A stretch of DNA of 63,749 nucleotides, filler included, from Licmophora abbreviata (taxonomy: Eukaryota), in NCBI GenBank assembly GCA_900291995.1. It is 19 parts of 19 records of this genome, joined end to end, with 100 filler letters (N's around TTAATTAATTAA, not from the genome) between each part and the next. Parts side by side here need not be neighbours in the genome. Positions count along the whole stretch, not along the records: positions 10,313 to 13,099 come from OLMU01000556.1; positions 13,200 to 15,026 come from OLMU01000557.1; positions 15,127 to 20,988 come from OLMU01000558.1; positions 21,089 to 22,779 come from OLMU01000559.1; positions 22,880 to 26,863 come from OLMU01000561.1; 14 more parts are not named here. One strand, 5' to 3'. A program made the position numbers and the translations under genes. The notes beneath the pieces are model-generated. The model did not search any database and was not told the DNA's origin. It was given only the letters and a program-made list of their open reading frames with translations. Positions 12,548 through 23,652 of the stretch are shown here, one piece after another. Position 1 is the first letter of the stretch, and the number at the start of each line of letters is the position of its first letter.

Positions 12548-13310
12548 ATGTACTGGAGTCATGCCAGGAAGCACATTTGGTATTCAACAAGAAGGAATGT
12601 GGTGGGCGACGGTTCCAGAATCCCAGATGAAAGACTTCTTTTGTGAGAAACTTTGTGGCGACGGAGTTTGGCGATCGACGGCAAGAAGCGATCTAGACCA
12701 GAAGGCGCTATTGAGCAGGCCCTTGACAGCTGTTTGCTAGTGGACGATGCAATTAAGGTCTAAAATCAAAAGATCGCAGAGATGGAGGTAGAAGAAGCTT
12801 TTGTTGCCAAACCATGGTTGTGATTGCAGATACTCGTAGGACGCTGGCTATGCCGTAAAAGTGGGCGAGATTTAGATGCTGTGATTGTCGAACTGGCTGG
12901 GGTCGCCGATCTGGTCGCGATACAGAACAACTGGAAGGCTGCCATCATGCGAAAGCTTCCCGTTACCGACAAGGCCCTAGGAAACGTCATTAGGTGGTCG
13001 ATGCTTGTACCTTTAGTAGCGATTATATGACGTGGGATATTGCGGGTGATCGCAGGTAATGGATTGACGACGATACGGATAGTACCGCGAATCGAAAGGN
13101 NNNNNNNNNNNNNNNNNNNNNNNNNNNNNNNNNNNNNNNNNNNTTAATTAATTAANNNNNNNNNNNNNNNNNNNNNNNNNNNNNNNNNNNNNNNNNNNNC
13201 GATACGGATAGTACCGCGAATCGAAAGGTTGTCGAGCTCCTCGCAGAGCAAGTGGAAGCTGCTGATTTGTTGCTCCTTAACAAGGAGGACTTGGCAGGCG
13301 TTGAGCAAGC
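12548..13310 (+). pseudogene. Degenerate CobW/COG0523 (G3E GTPase, zinc-chaperone family) remnant; C-terminal-domain fragment precedes GTPase fragment
   Basis: MYWSHA..FGIQQEGMWWATVP, EFGDRRQE, IEQALDSCLL (CobW_C-like); DAVIVELAGVAD (Walker B-like), VVDACTF, RKVVELLAEQVEAADLLLLNKEDL (NKxD); frameshifts and in-frame TAA at 13057. Confidence 0.8.
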
Positions 13311-14058
13311 AAGTCAACATCGCCGCAACCATGGCCAAAGTCACTGAACAACAAACGTCTGCCTGTGTCGTGGGTTGCCGATCCATCTTCATAGTAATCG
13401 TAGCTGTTACAGATATCGTCTATTTCTACAGTACAGTAGAGGGCATTTTCATTTCAATCAAATGATTTTCTTTTTAAATAACTATTCACATGCAACACAT
13501 TCACAGAGGAGTTTCAATCTAGCTATACGAGTGGCAATCACAACATCGCAGCATTCTCAAGCCTTCCGAGCCTTCTTTTTGCTGGGAAGCGCTACGAGTG
13601 AGCTACTGGATTGATGATGGATTATCGATCATCGGCGTGGATCGGAGTCATCCATCAGTGAGTCGAGTCGAGTCAGTCACTTGACTCGATTCACAGATTC
13701 AAGATGGTGATGGTTTGGCTGTCTCTCTTTAATGCTCAAGGGTCACATCATGCTTGCAATGACTATGACTTTCTATTCCATATAAATCCTAATAATGTGT
13801 GCATTTAGCTATTACGCCCAATGAGGTCATTTCTATATATCTTAACAAGCCCAAATCCGTTCGGGACTCCAATATAACGATAAACCAATACGTATGATTC
13901 TTATTTTCATCAAAATGTCAACAGTGTCTTTCCTTTTTCACGGTCTTCGCAACTTCATTCTCTTGCGTCGCAAAAGGCTCATAAAATCAAAGAATGGAGG
14001 CGAAAGCGGACTTTCTCACAAGTTTCATTTCCACAACGGAATCAACTCCTCAACGACG

Positions 14059-17000
14059 ATGCGGTTGAGTTCCGCTCTTAGCACGACCCTTGCGGTCCTG
14101 ATTGTCAGCAACGCTGATGCACGTGAAGGCGGGATTCTTCGCAAGCTTGCCGGGATGTTCGGCGATGATGCGCAGGCAACCGATGAGGTACGGAGTATGA
14201 TGTGCGAGCGGGCAAGTGTATGTTGCTCGTAGAATGTCTATTGCTCACTTCATCTGCTTCTGTCTTGATGATCAATATCAGCACGATCGCGACTTGATGG
14301 ACGGCTCTTGCCAACAAGTCTGCGTCGATTTCACGACCGATCGATTTGGAAAAGCTCTCGTTCACGGCGACTACGCGACCGAGTTTCCAAGCGGATTGAA
14401 AATTGAAGTTTCATCTACTGACGGGGGGTTCACACCAGTTGGCAAGGGGCGCATCTTTGATACGTCCCTAGAAGGCACTGAGGATCCCGATCTTGGATCT
14501 CCCAACGAGGCATGTCCAGTCCCGGGCCCTGGAGTGGGTTTCCGTGGCGAGCCTGGCACGCCTGGAGAGAATTGTGACCCTCAGGGCAATATTCTTATCA
14601 TCCAGGAATCAGACAAGGTTCAACCGGATGACAATGCCTACGGTGGAACGTTCAAATTCATGTTTAACTCTCCGATGAAGGTTCAATCCATCGGGCTTAT
14701 TGATATCGAGGAAGAAGTTGACACAACCCTTAAGATCTACAAGTCAGCAGGCGGCGCACCAGAGATCCTCCTGGTTGAAGGACTTGGTGATAACTCAGCT
14801 CAGGAGCAAGCAATTCAAAAGGACGACGTGGTCAGTATGACGCTTGACCTCACAACTTCTGGTGGAGTTAGCAGTGTCTGTGTTTGCGATGGATCCGGCA
14901 CAAGCCCATCACCAACGCCCAAGCCCACTCCTGACCCAACACCCAAGCCAACTCCTGATCCAACACCTAAGCCAACGCCTGAACCCACGGCAGACCCCAC
15001 AAAAGACCCTGTGCCTTCGACAAGTGNNNNNNNNNNNNNNNNNNNNNNNNNNNNNNNNNNNNNNNNNNNNTTAATTAATTAANNNNNNNNNNNNNNNNNN
15101 NNNNNNNNNNNNNNNNNNNNNNNNNNATTGTGATCGGAGCAGACGAAGAGGGATCCCCTGTGTCCGGGAGCGACAGCACATCTGTCACCATCAAAGCCCC
15201 ACCCACTGAGTCACCAACCAATGCCCCGACAGCGGCGCCAACTCCAAAGGGGAGTCCTGATTTAACTCGAGCGCCTACGGCCGCCCCCACTGCCAAGGCG
15301 ACGCCCTCACCGACAAACCAACCGACGGCTGCACCCGAGCCGAACCCCACGATCACAGTCAGCTACAGCGCTGATCCATCGACCGTCACCGAGCCCGGAG
15401 CTACCGTAACGTACACGGTCGTCATCAAGAACACATCGAGTCCTACCGACACTGTCACCCTCACGAGCCTCGTTTCTGACTCTTTTGGCGATCTGAATGG
15501 TGTAGGCGGATGTTCTGTACCACTTGTAATCCTTCCAGGAGAGGAATACTCATGCTCTTTCATCAAGGCGCTAACGGGCGTCGTGGGTGAGACCAAAACG
15601 TCCATTCTCGTTGCAGTAGGATTGGACGAAGAGGGATCCCCAGTGTCGGGAAGCGACATCAGCTCCGTCACAATCGAAGCTGCATCTACCAAGAACCCCT
15701 TTACACAGATGCCGTCCGCTCCCTCACCCGCGACTGGACCGAGCAGTGCCCCATTCCTGCAGACGAGCCCCCCAGTTCCTTCTGGTGTATGTGAATCTAC
15801 ACCTGTTTGTATCGACTTCTCTAGCTCCCCAGAGCGTGAGCTTGTCCACGGTGACTATGTGAGCAAGGAGTGGGCGGCCATGTACGGAATGACCATTACT
15901 GCCTCTTCTACCAACGGCGGTTTCACGCCTGGAGGCATGGCCCGAGTGTTTGACACTTCACTTCACGATTCCGAGGATCCTGATCTTGGCGCGCCGAACG
16001 AGCATTGTTCGATCCCTGGTCCAGGAAGTGGCATCGGTGGAATGCCCGGTGAACCGGGAGAGAACTGTGACCCACAAGGAAATGTTTTGATAATCCAGGA
16101 ATCGGAGAAAGATGCACCGGATGACAATGCATGGGGCGGAAGTATCGAGTTCAGCTTCGCTTGTCCGTTAGAGAGGCTACTGACGATGGGAATTATGGAC
16201 ATTGACAATCTCGAAAAAGATTACTTCGAGATAGTGCACGGTGGTACAGTCTGGAAAAAGAAGATTATCGGACGTGGAAACAACTCGATTCAAGATGAAA
16301 TCCTTGACAAAGAGGATGTGACCAGCATCAAGGCTGTGGTTTCCAATTCCCTCGGCGTCAGATACATCTGCTTCTGCTACGACTCTGATCAGTGTGGACC
16401 ATCGCCCACAACTCCTTCTCCGAGTCCAGACGCAGAAACGGACCCAACTACGCCCCCGAGCCCTTCAGCAACGGCAGAGCCGACGTCTGCCCCTACTGCG
16501 AAGGCGACGCCAGTGCCAATTTCCGAGCCGCCAGCACCTACTAAGGAGGCAACCCCTGTACCAACTGAGCCGACGGAACCAGCCCCTAGTCTCGTTGTCA
16601 CATATACTGCTATTCCACCCATCGTCTTTGCGCCTGGTGCGACTGTCACGTACTTCGTGACCGTGAAGAACACCTCCAGTTCGACCGATCCTGTTACGCT
16701 CAGCAGTCTGACTTCAGATACGTTCGGCGATTTGGATGGGCAAGGAACGTGTTCTTTGGTAGAGACCATTGCCCCAGGAGGTCAATACACGTGCACGTTC
16801 ACCAGGCAAGTCACTGGAAACGCTGGCGAGACCGTGATATCAATCGTCGAAGCGTCTGGAACGGATAACGAAGGCACTCCTGTGACTGGTAGCGATGACG
16901 CTTCTGTAAGGATCGTCGCGAAGGCGAATCCTTCTCCGACGGACAATCCAACTCCTTCTCCAACGCTTTCAACAACTTCCAACCCAACGGCAAACCCTAC

Positions 17001-20000
17001 GGCGCTTCCAGAACCAGATCCAAGTATCACCGTGACATATACCGCTATTCCTCCCAAAATATTTGAGCCTGGAGCAATCGTTACATACATGGTTACTATC
17101 AGCAATACCTCATCATCGACAGATCCTGTGACCATCTCTAGTCTTACGACCGATACGTTCGGCGACTTGGATGGACAGGGGACTTGTTCCATACCGGAGA
17201 CAATAGTTCCTGGAGACCAGTTCATCTGCTCCTTCACAAAGGAAATTGCAGGATCAGCGGGAGAGACCACGACGTCAGTTGTTGAAGTCAATGGAATGGA
17301 TGATGAAGGTTCTCTTGTGTTCGGCACTGACGACGCGACAGTGACATTTATCGCCGCACCTACCCCTTCTCCAACAGCAAACCCAACTCCCTCTCCTACG
17401 AGCAGCCCAACAACGAACCCAACTCCCTCTCCTACGAGCAGCCCAACAACGAAGCCAACTGCTTCTCCAACGAACAGCCCCACAACGAAGCCAACTGCTT
17501 CTCCAACGAACAGCCCCACAACGAAGCCAACTGCTTCTCCAACGAACAGCCCCACAACGAAGCCAACTGCTTCTCCAACGAACAGCCCCACAATGAAGCC
17601 AACTTCCTCTCCTACGAACAGCCCAACAACGGCTTCTCCAACGAGCAGCCCAACAAAGAAGCCAACTCCAACCCCGACAGCTTCTCCAACTGCAGACCCA
17701 ACTCTTCGCCCAACGAAGAGTCCGACTAGCCCACCAGAGCCCGAGCCAAGCTGTAAACTTGTGTACACGGCCTCCCCTTCCAGTGTGCAAGAACCTGGTG
17801 CTACAGTAACGTACACAGTTAAGGTGAAGAACACGTCGTCGTCGACCGACACCCTGACAATTGGAACGTTGATTGCAGATACCTTTGGCAACCTAAACGG
17901 ACGGGGAAGCTGCGTGATGGAACAAACACTCGAGCCAGGCGAGGAATACTCGTGCGTCTTCACGGCTACAGTAACCGGAATCGCTGGCAGTGTCACGAAC
18001 AGCGTAGCTGTCGCCTCCGGAATTGATGACGAGGGGACGGCTTGTTCATGCAGCGATGAAGCGGAAATTTTGATCAGCGCTGCCCCGACGAAAGCACCGA
18101 CTACGTCACCAACTTCTGCTCCCACTGTGTCGATGACTCCTGCGCCCACTACACAGAAGACGCCAAGCCCAACAGATTCACCAACGCCGATTCCCGAGCC
18201 CAACCCAAGCATAGTTGTCACCTTTACCGCCAATCCGTTGACTATCACTGAGCCGGGCAGTACGGTCGAGTATACCATTGTCATCAAGAACACTTCTAGT
18301 CTCACAGACACGATCACCATCACAAATCTGATCTCTGACACTTTCGGAAATATCAACGAGGAAGGCAACTGTTCGCTACCGCAGGCAATCGCGCCTAATG
18401 GAGAATACACATGTACTTTCTCCAAGCAAATTGAAGGTACAGCCGGTGAGGCCAAACCGTCTGTCGTAATAGCCTCTGGAACGGACGACGAAGGAGTTTC
18501 TGTGTCTGACAGCGACGCTACAGTCGTTATTATCGTAGCCTCTCCTACAAAGTCACCCACAAAGACACCCACGCCTGCACCTACCATCCAGGTGACGCCT
18601 TTGCCGACGAACAAACCGACGCCTGATCCGGAACCCGTTCCAAGCATCACGGTTTCCTTTAATGCCGTTCCACCGACCATCTTTGAGCCTGGCGCGACCG
18701 TTACTTACGTTGTCACAGTGGCAAATACGTCCAGTTCCACCGACCCTGTCCTCATCACCAGCCTTATCACGGATACGTTCGGTGATTTGAACGGCCTAGG
18801 CACTTGTTCAGTCTCAGAGACTGTCGCGCCTAACGAACAGTATACTTGTACGTTCACTAGAGAAATCACAGGGAATTCTGGAGATGTCACAACGACAGTC
18901 CTGCTAGTCTCTGGTGAAGACGACGAAGGAACTTCAGTGTCGGGAAGTAGTGACACGACTGTGACAATCATTGCCGCGCCCACTAAGACGCCGACCAAGG
19001 CACCGGTCAATCCTCCTACTTCGTCGCCAACGTCGAGCCCAACCAAGAGCCCAACCAAGAATCCAACGAGCAGCCCAACGTCGGCCCCGACAAGCAAACC
19101 CACACCGGTCCCCGAGCCGCTGCCAGGTATCACTGTCGTCTACACTGTTGAGCCCTCAACCGTTTTTGAGCCAGGAGCGACTGTGACGTACAAGGTCTTG
19201 ATCAAGAACACGTCCAGTCCGACCGATCCTGTCACCATCAGCACACTTGTAGCGAATACCTTTGGTGATTTGAATGGGCAAGGAACATGCGCTGTTCCGC
19301 TGACGATCGCGCCGGGAGGAGAATATGAATGCATGTTCACCAAGCCAGTTAGCGGGTCTGCCGGAGAGACGAGAGAGTCAGTCGTTGTCGCCTCTGGAAC
19401 TGACGATGAGGGCGTACCCGTCTCTGGAAACGACACAGCAAGTTTGACGATCATTGCGGCACCGACAAAGAGCCCGACAAAGGCCCCGACAAAGGCCCCG
19501 ACCAAGGCCCCGACCAAGTCCCCCACCGCCGCTCCGACGGTGAAAGCAACTCCCAGTCCGACGATGACCCCGACATCCGCTCCCGAAGCTGCTGTGACTC
19601 CAGCCCCGACGCCTTCGGATCCAAGCGATTCTTGTAAATCGACGCCAGTGTGTATTGATTTCTCCAGCGCCCCTGGAAAGGATATCAGTCACGGCACGTA
19701 TGTAAGCGAGGAATGGTTCAGTGCGTATGGAATGACCATTACTGCGGCTTCCACCGACGGTGGATACACGCCGAATGGACAGGCCCGTATCTTTGATACT
19801 TCGCTGTACAACACCGAGGATGCCGATCTTGGAGCACCGAACGAGAATTGTCCGATCCCAGGTCCTGGTGTGGGCGAAGGCGGCAAGCCAGGCATGCCGG
19901 GAGAGAACTGTGAGCCGCGTGGCAACGTGTTGATCATCCAGGAATCTAACAAGGCTGCCCCTGACGATAACGCCTATGGCGGAAGCATGAAGTTCGAATT

Positions 20001-20406
20001 CACCTGTCCCGTGGAGAAGTTGTTGACATTGGAAGTGCTGGATATCGATGAGACTGAGATGGACTTCTTGGAGATAACAAGTGGCGACATGGTGTACACC
20101 GACGAGATCTATGGACTTGGAGACAACTCTATCCAGACTGTGGAGATCAACAAGTGGAATGTCAAGAGCATTAAGATAGTGGTCCCCAACTCTCTTGGAG
20201 TGAGCGAGATCTGCTTCTGCCCCGGCGACTGCGGCTTTGTACCCATCTCTCCCGCCCCGGTTGCGATTGCCAATACGGCCAAGCCAACACCCGCACCCAA
20301 ACCAACTCCCGCGCCAACGCCTGTACCCAAACCAACGCCCGCGCCAACTGGAAAGCCACAGTCGATGAGGAGACTAGCAGCTGTCCGAGATGCGCTTGGG
20401 ATTTAA
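14059..20406 (+). CDS. Secreted modular Pro/Thr-rich protein B (>2000 aa): signal peptide, three Cys-domains (14309-14887, 15790-16395, 19633-20232), at least 7 complete and 1 partial Ig-like DUF11-type repeats, PT linkers; intron 14188-14281; spacer 15027-15126
   Basis: Exon 1 MRLSSALSTTLAVLIVSNADAREGGILRKLAGMFGDDAQATDE (43 codons), phase-0 intron at the equivalent position to gene A; joining across the spacer is inferred from strand and architecture. Confidence 0.85.
17368..17690 (+). repeat. Coding minisatellite, 36-nt unit (KPTASPTNSPTT), about 4 near-perfect copies plus degenerate flanking copies
   Basis: aagccaactgcttctccaacgaacagccccacaacg repeated over ~17452-17595. Confidence 0.92.
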
Positions 20407-21686
20407 ATGCCTCGATGGATGCATATATGTGAGCACCTTGGGGAATGGTGATTGCATGTGATCTGTTCGAAACAATGCATTGTGATAGTTAATATACATG
20501 TCAATGAAAGTACGCAAGCAAGAACAACACCGTAAACTAAATATGAGAACGTACTCCAAGCTGATCGCCTCATGCATATTGCGCTCTGGGCTATCCTGTT
20601 TATTCCATGGAACATTTGAGTCGACTGAAAGTCGAACAATTCGAAAGATTGACTTGGACGAGCATCATCATTCACCCCCAGCCACTCGCTCACTTGCAGA
20701 CGATCTTTTCACCCACTCCCTTCTAAGGCATCGCGTATGGACTGAGGATCCTATACGTTTGAGTCTGAGAGCCACGCACAATGTGTATCTAACTCGCACT
20801 AATACAGCCGACTAATGAATTGATTGCAATCATTGTTTAACAGTTAAGGTCAAGAGAGCTGTAGACGCTCTCGTCCTTCGTGTTCATGGTACAATAGCCT
20901 GCTGAAACCGAATTGGCTTGGCTAGCTGCGAGACGATCAATCAATCGGTCGGCCTTCAACGATTGACAGCTGCGCCTTTTTTGTGTCANNNNNNNNNNNN
21001 NNNNNNNNNNNNNNNNNNNNNNNNNNNNNNNNTTAATTAATTAANNNNNNNNNNNNNNNNNNNNNNNNNNNNNNNNNNNNNNNNNNNNGAGCAAATGCTA
21101 GTGAAAAATATCATACGTATTTCAAGCGTACACACCTTTGCAGCGTCGCGCGCCCACCATGACGCGCAGCATCTGTGCGAGAGTCGAGTCAAATGATTCA
21201 TTCGAATCGAACCTACCGTCTGTACTCCCCCCGTCCGAAACCTCTCGGGGAGATCTGGCCGTCCATCCAAGTCAGGCCGTCCATCAGCGCGCCGTGCTTC
21301 GTGACAACAGACAGCACGGATGGTTCTCGCGACGGAGAGAATAAGTTTGGCGTCAAGACGAGGGTAAATCGATCGCTGCAGCACGTTGGAGCATTCTCCT
21401 ACTTCTGTGAGGCTTCTCTGTCCTAAGGTATTGATCTGATTTAGATCTAGAACTTGAAAGATTGACCAGATTTGCGGAAAGCCAAAGCAAGACCACAGTT
21501 TCGTATCTTGGCTGTCAGCTCTATACCAGATCTACGTGATTTCTGCGTGGTCATCCCTTTCTGTCTCGGCGACACGCACGGCATCCGCCCATCGAAGCTT
21601 GGTCCTCCAACGCAACGCACTGTGCGATAGATAGATAGTGTTGATCATATTCGACAACAGTCAAAGACGACGACGACGACGACAAA

Positions 21687-22601
21687 ATGGGAAATCAACA
21701 AACCTTGCCGAATGGCGCGACAGGACCAGCGTCCGACGATCACCAGAGAGGGCACGCAGGCGGAGCTTCGGCAGGAGGCGGCACGGCAGCCTATGCAGGG
21801 GGAGGGTACATGCCCAAGCCCACTCATCAGTTTGGCTACTCTACAGCGAATCAGCAAGAACGTGGGACCTTGTCGAGAACCTCTAGCGATGCCTCAATGA
21901 CCATCATGGACGGTGATTCCACTGCCATTGAGAACTGGATGGATGACGACACGGTCCCCACTGTCTTTCGATGGGAACACGGCGGTCGACAAGTCTACAT
22001 AACGGGGACCTTCAATGGCTGGAGTCGACAGATCCCCATGCATCGATCGGGTAATGACTTTACCTACATTCACAACTTGAAACGAGGCAAGCATGCCTTC
22101 AAGTTCATTGTCGACGACGAGTGGCGCTTTGCACCCGACCAGCAGACGGTTGCCGATATTGAAGGCCGGATCAACAATTTCATTGACGTGACTGACTTTA
22201 AGGCGTACACAGGCGACCGTGACTTTGAACGAGAAAAGGCGGCGGCGGAGTACGGGGCCATGCCGGACAAGAAAGAAGAAGGCGAGGGAGTCGTAGAAGA
22301 AGGAGAGCGGGAGGACGGCATGGCAGGGCCCGATCGCGATGGGGAAGTCTTCTCGCATACCATGCCAGATATGGACGATTACTCGAAGGAACCTCCTCCA
22401 CTGCCACCGCACTTGAGACATATTATTCTCAACAAGCCGCCGCAGCTACAAGACACGGCGGCTCTTCCTGTTCCTCAACATGTGGCTCTGAATCACTTGT
22501 ATTGTACTGCGATTCGAGACAACATGATGGTATTGGGCATTACGCAGCGCTACAATACAAAATTTGTCACCACGGTGTACTACTCTCCCTGTGCAAATTG
22601 A
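21687..22601 (+). CDS. AMPK/SNF1 kinase beta subunit
   Basis: MGNQQT myristoylation-type start; CBM48 VPTVFRWEHGGRQVYITGTFNGW...FKFIVDDEWR; ASC domain PPPLPPHL...HVALNHLY...KFVTTVYY. Confidence 0.96.
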   Translation: MGNQQTLPNGATGPASDDHQRGHAGGASAGGGTAAYAGGGYMPKPTHQFGYSTANQQERGTLSRTSSDASMTIMDGDSTAIENWMDDDTVPTVFRWEHGGRQVYITGTFNGWSRQIPMHRSGNDFTYIHNLKRGKHAFKFIVDDEWRFAPDQQTVADIEGRINNFIDVTDFKAYTGDRDFEREKAAAEYGAMPDKKEEGEGVVEEGEREDGMAGPDRDGEVFSHTMPDMDDYSKEPPPLPPHLRHIILNKPPQLQDTAALPVPQHVALNHLYCTAIRDNMMVLGITQRYNTKFVTTVYYSPCAN

Positions 22602-22879
22602 AAATAAGTAGTAGAGCGTCTCGTTGTTCTTTCTATATTATGTATTCACACAAGCAGTATTGTCTTTTGTTTGTTTGCTGTGTGCGCTAGTTGTGTCGCA
22701 GTAGCGTATCATAGGATGATGAGAACTATCGAGCTGTGACGATGCACGTCGCTGCACGCTGGTATTGGCTAAATCATTGNNNNNNNNNNNNNNNNNNNNN
22801 NNNNNNNNNNNNNNNNNNNNNNNTTAATTAATTAANNNNNNNNNNNNNNNNNNNNNNNNNNNNNNNNNNNNNNNNNNNN

Positions 22880-23087
22880 AGATGGTCTTGTCAAAGGCCT
22901 TTTCACTATCGATGTCGACGACCTTCATGCAGAGCTGGCGTTTGCTGCTGTTGGTCGCCGCTCTGTTCTTCATTGCCAAACTGGATCCCAAAAAGGAGGG
23001 CGTGGAGGAGAAGGAAAGGACCGTCGTAGTAGTGCCACTCAGCAGCGTCCATAGCAGGATCACTGGAAGAATCACGGGGCGTGCCAT
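22880..23087 (-). CDS. Probable plastid-targeted thioredoxin, N-terminal part only (rest lost in gap)
   Basis: Signal peptide + VLS-FSST transit-like leader followed by MKVVDIDSEKAFDKTI, typical of a thioredoxin N-terminus; no WCxPC visible. Confidence 0.55.
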
Positions 23088-23652
23088 TTTAATCGTCGTC
23101 GTCGATGATGTGTCAATGGATAGTAAGCCAGTCTACTGGGTATGCTGTTGTGCTACAAGCAACGTCGTTCTCTCTTACAAACGAGCGACAAGCAAAACAC
23201 AGACGAGCTCCCTCTTTCTCGCGTGGTGGCACGTCGTCGTCGTGACATGCCTTTCTGATTTCGGAGGCGCGCGCGGATCGCGATACGGCGATCACCCTTC
23301 TCTCGCGTAGATGTCCGTATGGATTCTACGTGATTCGAGTCGAATGAGTCCAATAGTGAGGAAAGACCAACTCAGTACCAAATCTACGTGCTTTGCTACG
23401 GATGGATCGGCTTTCCCTACAACTTCAACATCAGCGGGCGATGGACGTACATACAGAGGATGGAATCGGAATGAATGGAATCAATCCAAGGACCGGATTT
23501 CCAGTTTCGATGCACTTGCGCGCGCCGCCACTCGGATCGTGTCATCTCAAAATGGCGCCAACAAAAGATCTCCTCACTCACACTTTCAAGTTTTCGATTC
23601 AGTTTTCTTCCCCCCGCGTGTGTCTTGTTGTCGCTGTGTGAACTCCACCACC

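Noticed and set aside
17368..17690. 36-nt direct repeats of CRISPR-like length
   Set aside because: No unique spacers, in-frame coding, no cas genes, eukaryotic context
16782..18680. 632-aa antisense ORF (also 9496-10197 and similar) rich in G/V/A
   Set aside because: Shadow of Pro/Thr codon repeats on the sense strand; no independent coding signal
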